Source: Coleofasciculus sp. B1-GNL1-01
GTDB taxonomy: Bacteria; Cyanobacteriota; Cyanobacteriia; Cyanobacteriales; Coleofasciculaceae
DNA: 27,507 nucleotides
Assembly: GCA_040220235.1 (NCBI GenBank)
Contig: JAVJTO010000074.1
Reading direction: 5' to 3' (one strand)
The position numbers were made by a program, and so were the translations under genes. The first letter of the stretch is position 1, and each line of letters begins with the position of its first letter. Below the pieces are notes generated by a model. The model was given only the letters and a program-made list of their open reading frames with translations. It had not been told where the DNA came from and made no database searches. Below are positions 26,600-27,507 of this stretch, piece by piece.

Positions 26600-26826
26600 G
26601 TTCAACAACCCTAACCTAGCTATCGCTTGAGGCTAGGGATTGCCAGAGACAGGTCTGGTAACGCAAGAGTTGAATAGACCATGGGTTCCGTTAGTTGGTA
26701 CGTACTTCCAGGTACTTCCCCATCCTGGACTATCTACAAGTCTGCTTGTCATAGACGCTTTAAGAGAGGACATCTTGCTAACGGTGGTCGAGGGGACTGA
26801 CAACTTTACACGAAAGGCTTATACCC
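26600..26826 (+). ncRNA. omegaRNA (HEARO-like) scaffold of IsrB
   Basis: Complementary pairs TTCAAC/GTTGAA (26601/26669), CCGTTAG/CTAACGG (26688/26778) and TCCAGG/CCTGGA (26707/26724). Pseudoknot-type pairs GACCA/TGGTC and TCCCC/GGGGA. Directly upstream of a PLMP ORF. Confidence 0.85.
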
Positions 26827-27369
26827 ATGATTCGTGTTCCAGTTTTATCGCCAGATGGTGAGCCACTAATGCCAGCTAAAGCCAGCCGTGTTCGGCGATG
26901 GTTAAAGTCAGGTAAAGCCAAAGTCATACACAACGATTTGAGTATTTTTCAAGTCCAGTTACTAGAGGAGCCATCGGGCAGGGAAACCCAAGACATCGTA
27001 GCCGGAATTGATCCAGGTAAACTGTTCACCGGGATTGCTGTCCAGTCAAAGAGTGTCACCTTGTTTCTGGCACACCTGAACCTACCCTTTAAAACCGTGA
27101 CCAAGCGGATGACCCAACGGGCGATGATGCGACGGGGACGGCGAGGGCGACGGATTAACCGGAAGGTTCCTTATGACCAACGCAACCACCGCGAGTGCAG
27201 ATTCGATAACCGCAAGGGTCACAAGATACCCCCTAGCATCCGGGCTAATAAGCAGTTAGCACTACGGGTGATCCAGGAGTTATCAAAGATTTACCTGTTC
27301 ACCGATGTAGTGGTGGAGGTGATTAAAGCCAGAGGTGACAAGGGTTTTAGTCCGGCAATGGTCGGTCAG
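26827..27369 (+). CDS. isrB: IsrB RNA-guided nickase, 5' exon (181 codons), interrupted
   Basis: PLMP motif, RuvC-I GIDPG, Arg-rich bridge helix RRGRRGRR, RFDNR, PPSIRA and RuvC-II VVVE. No HNH seen before the interruption. Confidence 0.88.
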
Positions 27370-27507
27370 GTGCGATTCGTTGGCTAGAAATCAGCCAGAG
27401 TTCTTCTGAGAGCCTAGGTTTGAAGGATTAGCCGCAAGGGAAAATGACGGGATAACACCCAACAGAACCTTGACAACTTAACAGCCATGTTGGTGAGGGT
27501 CAGTATC
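27370..27507 (+). mobile_element. 5' end (domain I) of a group II intron, truncated by the window edge
   Basis: Begins GTGCGATTCGTT (GUGYG consensus) exactly where IsrB similarity stops. Followed by hairpin TGGCT/AGCCA and a CC-GCAA-GG GNRA loop. Confidence 0.75.

Noticed and set aside
26640..26861. 73-aa ORF
   Set aside because: It overlies the structured omegaRNA and has no protein motif.
26827..27387. Complete 186-aa protein, or IscB
   Set aside because: The last five residues are intron-derived. The FSP.MVGQ segment after RuvC-II fits HNH-less IsrB, though the missing 3' part prevents full confirmation.

Overview
Chromosomal segment of a filamentous cyanobacterium: about 23 HIP1 (GCGATCGC) octamers, STRR-type heptamer repeats, and many GTAG-REP palindromes and TA-flanked MITEs. 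I infer a non-heterocystous Oscillatoriales/Coleofasciculus-like host, which the window alone cannot prove. Genes: orphan PtuA-like ABC ATPase, hetF, two SDRs, an aldo/keto reductase, a YefM-YoeB TA pair, hslO, DUF1997, an NmrA-like protein, a lambda-type lysozyme, acyP, an HTH-AAA_35 protein, a frameshifted DUF1194/PEP-CTERM gene, a Dnd-associated methyltransferase, a GAF/HD-GYP protein and DUF2811. The window is bracketed by IsrB (OMEGA, IS200/IS605-related) sequence. It opens with an IsrB C-terminus missed by the ORF track plus a right end, and closes with an omegaRNA and an isrB interrupted by a group II intron. Non-coding highlights: (1) an NsiR1-like sRNA with a complete DIF1 promoter upstream of hetF; (2) a divergent pair of mutually homologous candidate sRNAs, each with a matching box near -43; (3) a phased DnaA-box/GATC array; (4) a phased TTCATA array between the HTH-AAA gene and the PEP-CTERM gene; (5) nested MITEs. 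All family assignments come from motif recognition and memory; no searches were run.
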